Notes under the pieces: generated by a model
Told to the model about the DNA's origin: nothing
Databases searched by the model: none
What the model saw: only the letters and a program-made list of their open reading frames with translations
Source of the DNA: Acetobacteraceae bacterium
GTDB lineage: Bacteria; Pseudomonadota; Alphaproteobacteria; Acetobacterales; Acetobacteraceae
NCBI GenBank assembly: GCA_965198915.1
Contig: CBDAQC010000002.1
Location: 1,053,284-1,117,283 of the forward strand
DNA: 64,000 bases
Direction of reading: 5' to 3'
Translations under genes and position numbers: made by a program
In this document: in pieces, positions 1 to 8,454 of the stretch
How positions within the stretch are numbered: the stretch's first letter is position 1
Layout: every line of letters starts with the position of its first letter

Positions 1-637
1 CCGCCCGAACCCGCTCCACCCCCATGCGGCTGAACACGCAGCCGGCGATGTGGCGGAACAGCGGCAGACGCAGGCGCTGCGTGGTGGCGAACAGGTTCTG
101 CTGGCGGAACTCGGCGGCCACGAAGCCGGCCAGGTCGAAGCCGGAACGCGCGTCCAGCGTGGCCAGCGCGTTCAGCGTCGAGTCCAGCAGCTCGTTCAGC
201 CCGGCTTCCGTGGCGATGTCGAGCGCCAGGTAGCGGCGTATGGCCTCGTCCTCGCCCACCCCCTCGGCCATCATGGTGTCGAGGAAGATGTCGCCGAAAT
301 CGGCCGGGTAAGGTCCCTCGCGCAGCGCATCCGTGCCGGCGTTCCTGGGATGCGGCGAGCCGGCATAGGGCCACAGGAACTCGGCCTGCACCACGGGCAC
401 CGTCACCCGCTCGGCACTGGCCGGTATCAGATGGTCGGCCACGGTCTCCCCGGCCTGGGTCAGCTCGGTGACGACGATGTCCGCCGTCGCGATCACGCGA
501 TGCGCGGCCTCGCGCACCAGCGCCTCGGTGCCGATGAAGAACACGTCCTCGTCGCTGTCGCCGGCGATGTCGAGACGGTACGCCTTTGCCAGAGCTCGCG
601 CCTGTACACCGCCGGCAAAGACTACCCGTCTGGTCAT
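1..637 (-). CDS. WcbI-family polysaccharide biosynthesis putative acetyltransferase (partial, runs off the left edge)
   Basis: Not in the ORF track because there is no stop in the window. Manual translation from the ATG at 637 gives MTRRVVFAGGVQARALAKAY...EFLWPYAGSPHPRN...GPYPADFGDIFLD...RRYLALDI..., open to base 1 with GC3-rich codons. The FLWP..G.PHPRN..GPYP segment resembles WcbI-like proteins as I recall them. Confidence 0.6.
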   Translation of the reverse strand, partial: MTRRVVFAGGVQARALAKAYRLDIAGDSDEDVFFIGTEALVREAAHRVIATADIVVTELTQAGETVADHLIPASAERVTVPVVQAEFLWPYAGSPHPRNAGTDALREGPYPADFGDIFLDTMMAEGVGEDEAIRRYLALDIATEAGLNELLDSTLNALATLDARSGFDLAGFVAAEFRQQNLFATTQRLRLPLFRHIAGCVFSRMGVERVRA

Positions 638-729
638 GCAGCCCCTCGCCACCCCGCGGACGTTCTGGCAATTTACACGATGAAAATCAATGCGTATCAA
701 TCGGTTTTTTCGGAGCTCGCATCAGGTTT

Positions 730-955
730 GCGTCTTTTTTGAAAAGCGGAACCAAAAAGCTGCACTACCTGCAGGCGAAAACCAGCGTTCCGTAGGCGAA
801 AGGAAAGACCGGCTCTTCTGAGGAGAGGCAAACCTAACCGTGGCGGAAGCCAGCCTGGTGAGCCAGCTCGCATGTTCTTGTGGCCTTCAAAGGGCTACAA
901 GCCGCCAGAAGGCTATCAGCACGGATCTTGCAGAACTTTTGGTTCTGACGCTGGT
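730..955. other. Structured intergenic segment bounded by degenerate family-1 repeat arms
   Basis: GAACCAAAA (749-757) is complementary to TTTTGGTTC (937-945). Internal hairpins lie at 841-852, 855-866 and 877-901. Confidence 0.45.
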
Positions 956-1064
956 CCGCCGGCTTGCTCTATCATGACGCAGCCGGCTGCCACCGCGGCC
1001 GTCAGGCACCAGACTTCCTGGTAGTTTCGTGCAAACCGCTTGCCTGCTCTTCTGGGGAACAGCT

Positions 1065-2513
1065 TTGGACTTCACCGGCCTCACAGTGCTTTGCCTTGGC
1101 GACGTCATGCTGGACCGCTTCCAGCATGGCGATATCGACCGCATCTCCCCCGAAGCACCGGTCCCGGTGATCCGGCTGCGGGAGACGCGCGAGATGCCGG
1201 GCGGCGCCGGCAACGTCGCCTGCAACATCGCCTCCCTGGGCGCCCGCGCCGTGCTGGTGGGCCTGGTGGGGCAGGACGATACAGGCGCCAGGCTGCACCG
1301 CATCCTGGCGCAGCGCCCCGGCATCGAGCCCGCGCTGATCGTCAGCGCCCGCCGGCCCACCATCTGCAAGACGCGCTTCATCGCCGGCCGCCAGCAGGTG
1401 GTGCGCGCGGACGACGAAAGCGGCGCCCGGCTGTTCGAGGAAGAGGCCGCGGCACTGATGGCCGCGGTGGACGCCCGACTGGCCGAAGCCGGCGCGCTGA
1501 TCCTGTCCGACTACGGCAAATCCGCGCTGGAGCCTGCCGTGGTCGCCCACGCGATCGCCGCCGCGCGGCGCGCCGGCGTGCCCGTCTTCGTCGATCCCAA
1601 ATCAGCCGATTTCACCCGCTACCGGGGGGCCACCTGCATCACGCCCAACCTCAAGGAGTTCGCCGCCGCTGCCCGCGGACCGTGCGGCACCGAGGACGAG
1701 ATCGCCGCCGCCGCGCGCGACCTGCTGGAGGATTGCGCGGCGGACGCCATACTCGTCACCCGCTCCGAGCGCGGCATGACCCTGGTGGAGCGTACCGGCG
1801 AGGTCACCACCGTGCCGGCCCGCGCGCGCGAGGTGTTCGACGTCTCCGGCGCCGGGGACACTGTGATCGCCACGCTCGCTTTGGCGGTGGCCAGCGGCCG
1901 CACCCTGGCCCAGGCGATGCACATCGCCAACGCGGCGGCCGGCGTCGTCGTCAGCAAGCTCGGCACGGCGACCGCCAACATCGCCGAGGTGATGCACGAA
2001 CTCTCCGCCCAGGCGGACAAGCTGGCCGGCGCGCCGGCGCCCGGGCTGCAGAGCATGGAATCGGCCCTGGGCATGGTGGAGCTGTGGCGCGAGCAGGGCC
2101 TGCGCGTGGGCTTCACCAATGGCTGCTTCGACATCCTGCACCCCGGCCACGTGGCCCTGCTGGCCGCCGCTCGCCAGGCCTGCGACCGCCTGGTGGTGGC
2201 GCTGAACACGGATGAGAGCGTGGCTCGCCTGAAAGGCCCCACCCGGCCGGTCAACACCCTGGCCCAACGCGCCCAGGTGATGGCGGCGATACGCTTCGTC
2301 GATTGCGTGGTGGGTTTCGCCGAGGACACGCCGCTGGAGGTGATCACCCGCTTGCTGCCCGACGTGCTGGTGAAGGGTGCGGACTACACCGTGGCCCAGG
2401 TAGTGGGCGCCGACGTGGTGGTGGCCAATGGCGGGCGCGTGGTGCTGGCTGAGCTGGTGGCGGGGCAGTCGACTACCGGGATTATTGCGCGAGTCGGGGG
2501 CCGCGCTGCTTAA
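1065..2513 (+). CDS. hldE: Bifunctional D-glycero-beta-D-manno-heptose-7-phosphate kinase / heptose-1-phosphate adenylyltransferase
   Basis: PfkB-type kinase domain (GDVMLDRF, RISPEAPVPV, DVSGAGDTV) followed by a cytidylyltransferase-like domain (FTNGCFDILHPGH). TTG start at 1065 chosen after GGGGAAC. Confidence 0.93.
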   Translation: MDFTGLTVLCLGDVMLDRFQHGDIDRISPEAPVPVIRLRETREMPGGAGNVACNIASLGARAVLVGLVGQDDTGARLHRILAQRPGIEPALIVSARRPTICKTRFIAGRQQVVRADDESGARLFEEEAAALMAAVDARLAEAGALILSDYGKSALEPAVVAHAIAAARRAGVPVFVDPKSADFTRYRGATCITPNLKEFAAAARGPCGTEDEIAAAARDLLEDCAADAILVTRSERGMTLVERTGEVTTVPARAREVFDVSGAGDTVIATLALAVASGRTLAQAMHIANAAAGVVVSKLGTATANIAEVMHELSAQADKLAGAPAPGLQSMESALGMVELWREQGLRVGFTNGCFDILHPGHVALLAAARQACDRLVVALNTDESVARLKGPTRPVNTLAQRAQVMAAIRFVDCVVGFAEDTPLEVITRLLPDVLVKGADYTVAQVVGADVVVANGGRVVLAELVAGQSTTGIIARVGGRAA

Positions 2514-2657
2514 GGCCAGGGGCTCTGCCCCTGGACCCCGCTAAGGACAGTCGTCCTTAGAACCTTTTACACGCACACCGACGCAATTGGGTCTGGGGCC
2601 AAGGCCCGGTCACGCGCAAGCGTGTTTCGCACGACGGGGCTTGGGGCAGAGCCCCAA
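2512..2657. repeat. Family-2 palindromic element (copy A)
   Basis: Perfect terminal inverted repeat GGGGCTCTGCCCC (2519-2531) / GGGGCAGAGCCCC (2643-2655). The 54 bp at 2512-2565 are identical to the reverse complement of 62833-62886. Lies between convergent stop codons. Confidence 0.85.
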
Positions 2658-2659
2658 CT

Positions 2660-3313
2660 TTACTGCCACTTCAACCCGCTCACATCGAACATCGCCACCC
2701 GCTCCGCCTTCGAGGAAAGCCGCGCCTCCAGCGCCAGCGTGCGCGCGCTCGCCAGCCGGCTGACGAACCCGCCTGTATCAACCACCACCAGCGTCGCACT
2801 CTGCGGATCGGCCGAGCCCGATGCCTGGAACACGGCCGTCTCGCCGGCGTCGAAACTGGCACGCAGCTCGCAAACCTCGGCCACCTCGTCAAATGCCTGC
2901 CGGCTCAGCGTAATTACCACGCTGCGGCCGTAGGCGGGGCTCGCCCGCAGCTCCAGTACGCCAACGCTGCCACGCCCGCCGGAACCACCGCCTACCTCCA
3001 GGCTGCGGCTCAGCACCCGCGCGTGCCGCGTGGTGTCGTAGATCATCTCGTCCACTGTCTGGTAGTACAGCCACCCCGCTGGCGCGGCGCTGGCGAAGTC
3101 GCGCTGTGGCAGCGCGTCCTGCACCGCGGCCACATGCGCCATACCGCTGGCACTGGCCGGCCACGCCAAGTGGCAGCCGATCACCGCGCACTCGCCCAGT
3201 ATCACCCCGACGAACAGGAATTTCAGACGGTTTTTCTTCGTCCCGCAACGCTCGCAAGTGCGCGAACCGAGCCGCAGCTTCATGCTGCAACGCTCGCATC
3301 TGCCAAGCGCCAT
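2660..3313 (-). CDS. Hypothetical membrane-anchored protein with N-terminal zinc ribbon (CxxC...CxxC)
   Basis: RCERC...TCERCG, then a hydrophobic segment (FLFVGVILGECAVIGCHLAWP), then a globular domain ending FDVSGLKWQ. Confidence 0.7.
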   Translation of the reverse strand: MALGRCERCSMKLRLGSRTCERCGTKKNRLKFLFVGVILGECAVIGCHLAWPASASGMAHVAAVQDALPQRDFASAAPAGWLYYQTVDEMIYDTTRHARVLSRSLEVGGGSGGRGSVGVLELRASPAYGRSVVITLSRQAFDEVAEVCELRASFDAGETAVFQASGSADPQSATLVVVDTGGFVSRLASARTLALEARLSSKAERVAMFDVSGLKWQ

Positions 3314-3372
3314 CGCGTTACCCCTTAACAGACGTTAAGCGGAACGTAACGGCGCCGGTCCGGCCACCCTAA

Positions 3373-4650
3373 TCACATGTCGCGGCGCAAAGCCGCCAGG
3401 CCGCCCATCGCCGGGCGCAGCACGTCCGGCACCGTCACGCTGCCATCCGCCTGCTGGTAGTTCTCCAGCACGGCGATCAGCGCGCGGCCCACCGCCACGC
3501 CGGAGCCGTTCAGCGTGTGCGCGTGGGCCACCGTCTTGCCATCCGTCCCCCGATAGCGCGCATTCATGCGGCGCGCCTGGAACGCGCGCGTGTTGGAACA
3601 CGAGCTGATCTCGCGCCACATCGCCTGCCCCGGCAGCCACACCTCCAGGTCATGCGTGCGCGCGGCGCCGAACCCGGTATCGCCCGCGCACAGCAGCATG
3701 CGGCGATACGGAATTTCCAGCGCTTCCAGAACCGCTTCCGCACAGCGCGTCATGCGCTCGTGCTCGGCGTCGCTGTGGTCCGGGTGCGCGATGCTGACCA
3801 GCTCCACCTTGCGGAACTGGTGCTGGCGCAGCATGCCGCGCGTGTCGCGCCCCGCCGAGCCGGCCTCGCTGCGGAAACACTCGGTCAGCGCGGTGCGGCG
3901 TATCGGCAGCGCCGACTCGGCCAGGATGTCGCCCGCCACCATGTTGGTGATCGGCACCTCGGCGGTGGGTATCAGCCAGCGCCCGTCGGTGGTGCGGAAC
4001 GAATCCTCGGCGAATTTCGGCAACTGGTTGGTGCCGAAGAACGCCGCCTCGTTCACCAGCGCCGGCACGCTCACTTCCGTGTAGCCGTGTTGGGTGGTGT
4101 GCATGTCCAGCATGAACTGGCCCAGCGCGCGTTCCAGCCTGGCCAGCGCGCCGTGCAGGATTGTGAAGCGGCTGCCGGATATCTTGGCCGCGCGCTCGAA
4201 ATCCATCAGCCCCAGCGCCTCGCCCAGCTCGAAATGCTGGCGCGCCGGGAAGTCGAAGGCGCGCGGCGTGCCCCAGCGCTTCAGCTCGCGGTTGTCCGCC
4301 TCGTCCGTGCCGTCCGGCACCTCGCCGTCCAACACGTTCGGCAGGGCCGCCAGCGCCGTGCGCAGTTCGGCGTCCAGCTCGGCGCTGCGCCTGTCCAGCC
4401 GCTCCATCTCACCGCGCAATGCGGTGGCCTCCGCCTCCTGCACTTGCGTGTCGGCGCCGGTCCGCTTGGCCTGGCCGATCTCGCGCGCCAGCACGTTGCG
4501 GCGGGACTGTGCTTCCTGCTGCGCGGTGGCGGCCGCGCGGCGCTCCGCATCCAGCGCCAGAAGCGGGCCGGAGGCGCCCGGCAGGCGGCGGCGCACCATG
4601 GCGGCGTCGAACGCGTCCGGGTTCGTGCGTATCGTCTTGATGTCGTGCAT
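3373..4650 (-). CDS. serS: Serine--tRNA ligase
   Basis: MHDIKTIR start, [30 protein letters not shown] (motif 2), [29 protein letters not shown]. Confidence 0.97.
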   Translation of the reverse strand: MHDIKTIRTNPDAFDAAMVRRRLPGASGPLLALDAERRAAATAQQEAQSRRNVLAREIGQAKRTGADTQVQEAEATALRGEMERLDRRSAELDAELRTALAALPNVLDGEVPDGTDEADNRELKRWGTPRAFDFPARQHFELGEALGLMDFERAAKISGSRFTILHGALARLERALGQFMLDMHTTQHGYTEVSVPALVNEAAFFGTNQLPKFAEDSFRTTDGRWLIPTAEVPITNMVAGDILAESALPIRRTALTECFRSEAGSAGRDTRGMLRQHQFRKVELVSIAHPDHSDAEHERMTRCAEAVLEALEIPYRRMLLCAGDTGFGAARTHDLEVWLPGQAMWREISSCSNTRAFQARRMNARYRGTDGKTVAHAHTLNGSGVAVGRALIAVLENYQQADGSVTVPDVLRPAMGGLAALRRDM

Positions 4651-4711
4651 TGGGGAAGGACGGCCTTCGGCGCTACGTGAAACGGCGGGCTGTGGTGGAG
4701 GCGAACCCTGC

Positions 4712-5500
4712 CTACACGTCCACCGGCTTCGGCTCCACCAGGCGCGCCGAGAAGATCGATATTTCGTACAGCGCGATCAGCGGCACCGCCAGGCCGGTTT
4801 GCGTAATAATGTCCGGCGGCGTCAGGATCGCCGCCACGATGAAACATCCGACATAGGCGTAGCGCCGGTATTTCCGCAAACCCCGCGAACTCACCAGCCC
4901 GACTTTCGCGCACAGCGTCAGCAGCACCGGCAGCTGGAACGCGATGCCGAATGCCATGATCAGCTTCATCACCAGCGAGAGGTACTCGCTCACCTTCGCC
5001 TGCAGCTCGATCTGCAGCACGTCCTTGCCGCCGGGCGTCTCGAAACTCAGGAAGAACTTCCACGCGAACGGGAACACGAAATAATACGCCAGCGCGGCAC
5101 CCGCCACGAACAGCACAGGTGTCGCGATGAGGAACGGCGCGAAGGCGCGGCGCTCGCTGCGATACAGGCCGGGCGCCACGAACAGCCAGATCTGGCTGGC
5201 GATCACCGGAAACGCGATGAACGTGGCGCCGAAGAACCCGACTTTCAGATAGGTGAAGAACGCCTCGTACAGCGCCGTATAGATCAGATGCGGCTGCTCG
5301 CCCTTGGCTTCCATGATGTGCGCCAAAGGCTGCGCCAGAAACAGGTAGATCGCGCCGGAGAAGTGGTAGCAGACGAAGAACGCCAGCACGAACGCCACCG
5401 CAGACCACAGCAGCCGGCGCCGCAGCTCCACCAGATGTTCCAGCAGGGGCATCGGCTTGTCATGGATCGGATCGTCCGGAGCCTGCACGGCGTCGGGCAT
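4712..5500 (-). CDS. tatC: Twin-arginine translocase subunit TatC
   Basis: [45 protein letters not shown]. Confidence 0.96.
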   Translation of the reverse strand: MPDAVQAPDDPIHDKPMPLLEHLVELRRRLLWSAVAFVLAFFVCYHFSGAIYLFLAQPLAHIMEAKGEQPHLIYTALYEAFFTYLKVGFFGATFIAFPVIASQIWLFVAPGLYRSERRAFAPFLIATPVLFVAGAALAYYFVFPFAWKFFLSFETPGGKDVLQIELQAKVSEYLSLVMKLIMAFGIAFQLPVLLTLCAKVGLVSSRGLRKYRRYAYVGCFIVAAILTPPDIITQTGLAVPLIALYEISIFSARLVEPKPVDV

Positions 5501-5503
5501 CGG

Positions 5504-6004
5504 TCAGCCCTGGCCGGCGTGGTCGGGCGCGGTGGCGTCAGGCGGTGTGGCGGCGGGTGTAGGCGCGGCGGGCGGTATGAACGCCGGCGCCGCCGCGGCC
5601 GGCGGGATGAACGCCGGTGCCGACTGGTCTGGCGCCGCGATGACCGTCTCCGGATGTGCCGGCACCGCGTGGGTCTGGTCCAGCGGCGTCATCACCGGCC
5701 GCACCGGATGGTCACGGAACGGATCGGCGAAGGCAGACCGCATCGTGTTGTCCGGGTCGATCGCGCGCTGCACCATCGCCTTGGGGTTCAGGCTGCGCAG
5801 CTCGTCGAACGAGGACTTCACGTCGCCCAGATCGGCCTCGCGTATCATCTCGTCCACATGGCCCTGGAACTCGCCCGCCATGCGGCGCAGCTTCTTGATG
5901 GTGTCGCTGACCGCCTTGATGGCCACCGGCATGTCTTTCGGCCCGATGGCGATAAGCGCCACCACACCAATCAGGGCGATCTCGGACCAGGCGAAGTCGA
6001 ACAT
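5504..6004 (-). CDS. tatB: Twin-arginine translocase subunit TatB
   Basis: MFDFAWSEIALIGVVALIAIGPKDMP, with a Pro/Ala-rich tail containing duplicated PAFIPPAA. Directly upstream of tatC. Confidence 0.93.
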   Translation of the reverse strand: MFDFAWSEIALIGVVALIAIGPKDMPVAIKAVSDTIKKLRRMAGEFQGHVDEMIREADLGDVKSSFDELRSLNPKAMVQRAIDPDNTMRSAFADPFRDHPVRPVMTPLDQTHAVPAHPETVIAAPDQSAPAFIPPAAAAPAFIPPAAPTPAATPPDATAPDHAGQG

Positions 6005-6160
6005 GGACGGGTCATACCCTGGGGTCGCGCCAGGCGGAAGGGCCAGGCGCCCTGCCTGACTGCCAGGCGTCTTGTCGCCTCAAGGTGGCGACGGACGGCG
6101 GGCTTTCCACCCCACCGGCCCCGCCTGCGCCGGCACGCGCCGGCCGATGCGAGAGGCCCG

Positions 6161-6706
6161 CTACTCCTCCGCCGCCTCCCCGCGCACCACCGTCTCCAGC
6201 ACAAGCTCGCCCCGCTTCGGCAGCTCGCTCAGATCCCGCAGCCCGAACTGCGCCAGGAAGCCCGGCGTGGTCGCCCACAGGGTGGGCCGCCCTGGCACGT
6301 CCCGGTGCCCCGCCGGACGCACCAGCGCTGCCTCCAGCAGCGCGTCCAGCGTTGCCTGGCTTAGTGCCGCGCCGCGTATCTCCTCGATCTGCGCCCGGGT
6401 CACCGGCTGGTGCCAGGCGATGATCGCCAGCGTCTCCATCGCCACGCGCGGCAGCCGCCGCGGGCGAGAGATCACCCGCGTCAGCCGCGGCGCCAGGTCC
6501 GGCGCCGTGCGGAACTGCCAGCCCAGCCCGATCTCGGCCAGCTCCACGCCGCGTCCGGCATAGCGCGCCTGCACCGCCCGCAGCGTCGCCTCCGCGTCCA
6601 CGTCCTCCGGCAGCAGGGCGGCAAGCGTGCGCGCGGGAACCGGGTCGGGGCTGGCGAAGACCAGCGCTTCGGCCAGGCGTAGGTGGTCCTCTGAGGGGTC
6701 GCTCAT
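6161..6706 (-). CDS. scpB: SMC-Scp complex subunit ScpB
   Basis: AEALVFAS, LPRVAMETLAIIAWHQPVTRAQIEEIRG, GRPTLWATTPGFLAQFGL. ATG at 6706; the longer ORF-track extension runs through a repeat. Confidence 0.93.
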   Translation of the reverse strand: MSDPSEDHLRLAEALVFASPDPVPARTLAALLPEDVDAEATLRAVQARYAGRGVELAEIGLGWQFRTAPDLAPRLTRVISRPRRLPRVAMETLAIIAWHQPVTRAQIEEIRGAALSQATLDALLEAALVRPAGHRDVPGRPTLWATTPGFLAQFGLRDLSELPKRGELVLETVVRGEAAEE

Positions 6707-6726
6707 GGCCGGAACAAAGGAAGAAA

Positions 6727-6844
6727 GGCCTTCTTTTTTGAAAAAAAGGAGCAAAAAACTTCTGTCTGTCCGGTGCGCGCGTTGCAGCCATCCGCGACAG
6801 CGCATCCAAAAGCTTTTTGCTTCTTTTTCTCGAAAAAGAAGGCC
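6727..6844. repeat. Family-1 REPIN-like palindromic doublet
   Basis: Left arm GGCCTTCTTTTTTGAAAAAAAGGAGCAAAAAACTT; inverted right arm AAAAGCTTTTTGCTTCTTTTTCTCGAAAAAGAAGGCC. Confidence 0.85.
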
Positions 6845-6857
6845 TTGCTTTCGTCCC

Positions 6858-7598
6858 TCACTCCAAAGGTCCCGCCACCAGAATAGGCGCAAACGGTTCA
6901 TCCTGCCGCAACCGCAGCCCGCCCCCGCGCGCCATCTCCAGCGAGGCGAGCAGCGTGCTGGCGATCGCCGCGCGGCGCTGCTGGCCGGACAGCGCGGCCG
7001 GGAGGAACACCTCCAGCGTGGTCCAGGGCGGTAGCGAGCCGAGCGTCGCCGACAGGCGGTGCAGCGCGTCCTGCACCGTCCAGAAACTGAGCTGCTTCGG
7101 CTGGTAGCTGACCTGTGCCGCCTTGCGCCGAAGCGCCTCCACATAGGCCCGCAGCAGCACCGGCAGGTCGGCGGCCAAGCGGGAGCGGTCCGTGGCGGTC
7201 AGGTCCTCCGCCGCACCGCGCCGGAACACGTCGATTCCCAGCACCGGGCGCGCGCCCAGCCAGGCAGCGGCCTGGCGCATGGCGGCCAGCTCGGCCAGCC
7301 GCGCCGCCAGCAGGTCGGCCGATTGCTCGCCTTCCGCAGCGTCAGGATCGTCCTGCGGCAGCAGCAGCCGCGATTTCAGCCAGGCCAGCCAGGCCGCCAT
7401 CACCAGCCAGTCCGCCGCCAGTTCCAGCCTCACTTGCGCCGCACCTTCGACGATGGCCAGGTACTGCTCCACCAGCGCCAGGATGGAGATGCGCGCGAGG
7501 TCCACCTTCTGCGCCCGCGCAAGATCCAGCAGCAGGTCCAGCGGGCCATCGAACCCGTCCAGCTGCAGCAGGAGTTTTTCGGCCGGCGTGTCAGACAT
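6858..7598 (-). CDS. scpA: Segregation and condensation protein A
   Basis: LQLDGFDGPLDLLLDLARAQKVDL...ISILALVEQYL, AADWLVMAAWLAWLKSRLLLP, ASLEMAR, QDEPFAPI. Confidence 0.93.
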   Translation of the reverse strand: MSDTPAEKLLLQLDGFDGPLDLLLDLARAQKVDLARISILALVEQYLAIVEGAAQVRLELAADWLVMAAWLAWLKSRLLLPQDDPDAAEGEQSADLLAARLAELAAMRQAAAWLGARPVLGIDVFRRGAAEDLTATDRSRLAADLPVLLRAYVEALRRKAAQVSYQPKQLSFWTVQDALHRLSATLGSLPPWTTLEVFLPAALSGQQRRAAIASTLLASLEMARGGGLRLRQDEPFAPILVAGPLE

Positions 7599-8295
7599 CG
7601 ATGTCCGGGTCCGGCGGCACGTGCGCCAGCCTCAACAAATGCTCGTACGCCCAGGTAACCGCGGGCACCAGCGTGTCGCCCAGCGGGTTGAAGGCGATGC
7701 CGTTGGCCCGCAGCAGCGCCGGGCCGGCGGTCAGGAAGATCAGCACAAAGGCGATCCCCAGCCGCTCCAGCCGCGCCCATTGCCGCGCCAACGCCCATGG
7801 CAACACGCCCACCGCGATGCGTCCGCCGTCCAGAGGCGGAATGGGCACCAGGTTGAACATGCCCAGTACCAGGTTGAGGATGATGAACGTATCGACGGCC
7901 TGTAGCACGGACGGGGACAGGCCGGACAGGCGCAGCGAAAACGCCGCCAGCAGCGCCAGGCTGAAATTCATCACCGGCCCGGCGATAGCCACCACCGCCA
8001 TCTGCTGGCGCGGGTAGCGGAACCGCATCGGATCGACCGGCACCGGCTTGGCCCAGCCGAACATGAACAGCACGTGGCCGACCGTGAGAAGCTGGCTGAC
8101 CAGCAGGAAGCCGGGTAGCAGGATGGTGCCCACGCGGTCCACATGCACCAGCGGGTTCAATGACAACCGGCCGGCGCGCCGGGCCGTGGTGTCGCCCATC
8201 GCCCAGGCGGCGTAGCCGTGCGCGAGCTCGTGCAGAATGATTGCCACCATGACCAGGGCGGCGGTGACGGCGGCTTGTTGGATCAGGGTTAGCAA
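7591..8295 (-). CDS. Site-2 protease family (M50) zinc metalloprotease
   Basis: HELAHG (HExxH), FGWAKPVP, AGPVMNF, FNLVPIPPLDGG (NxxPxxxxDG). The start is uncertain: TTG at 8295 chosen, immediately after a repeat. Confidence 0.88.
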   Translation of the reverse strand: MLTLIQQAAVTAALVMVAIILHELAHGYAAWAMGDTTARRAGRLSLNPLVHVDRVGTILLPGFLLVSQLLTVGHVLFMFGWAKPVPVDPMRFRYPRQQMAVVAIAGPVMNFSLALLAAFSLRLSGLSPSVLQAVDTFIILNLVLGMFNLVPIPPLDGGRIAVGVLPWALARQWARLERLGIAFVLIFLTAGPALLRANGIAFNPLGDTLVPAVTWAYEHLLRLAHVPPDPDIDV

Positions 8296-8304
8296 GGGAA
8301 CGAA

Positions 8305-8441
8305 GGCCTTCTTTTTTGAAAAAAAAAGCAAAAAACTTTTGCTCCCTCGTCGGTACACGGATCAGTCCAATCTGTGAAACGACCGGCTGGTACAGCGTAA
8401 GGGACAAAAGTTTTTTGGTTCTTTTTTTCAAAAAAGAACCG
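8305..8441. repeat. Family-1 REPIN-like palindromic doublet
   Basis: GGCCTTCTTTTTTGAAAAAAAAAGCAAAAAACTTTTG ... CAAAAGTTTTTTGGTTCTTTTTTTCAAAAAAGAACC, between the nagZ stop and the site-2 protease start. Confidence 0.85.
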
Positions 8442-8454
8442 CTTGCTTCTTTCA

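Noticed and set aside
818-834. CTGAGGA (hammerhead CUGANGA-like) and GGCAAACC (c-di-GMP-I riboswitch-like)
   Set aside because: The hammerhead needs stem II followed by CGAAA, which is absent. The GEMM motif needs a GNRA-capped P2 and a downstream GGxCGCAAAGC, also absent.
5540-5625. Duplicated PAFIPPAA in TatB, and the poly-Gly run in DUF4167 (near 22340-22372)
   Set aside because: Ordinary low-complexity linker variation with no sign of a phase-variable tract.
6005-6160. tatA ORF
   Set aside because: No MG..S..HW.I-type small ORF in any minus-strand frame.
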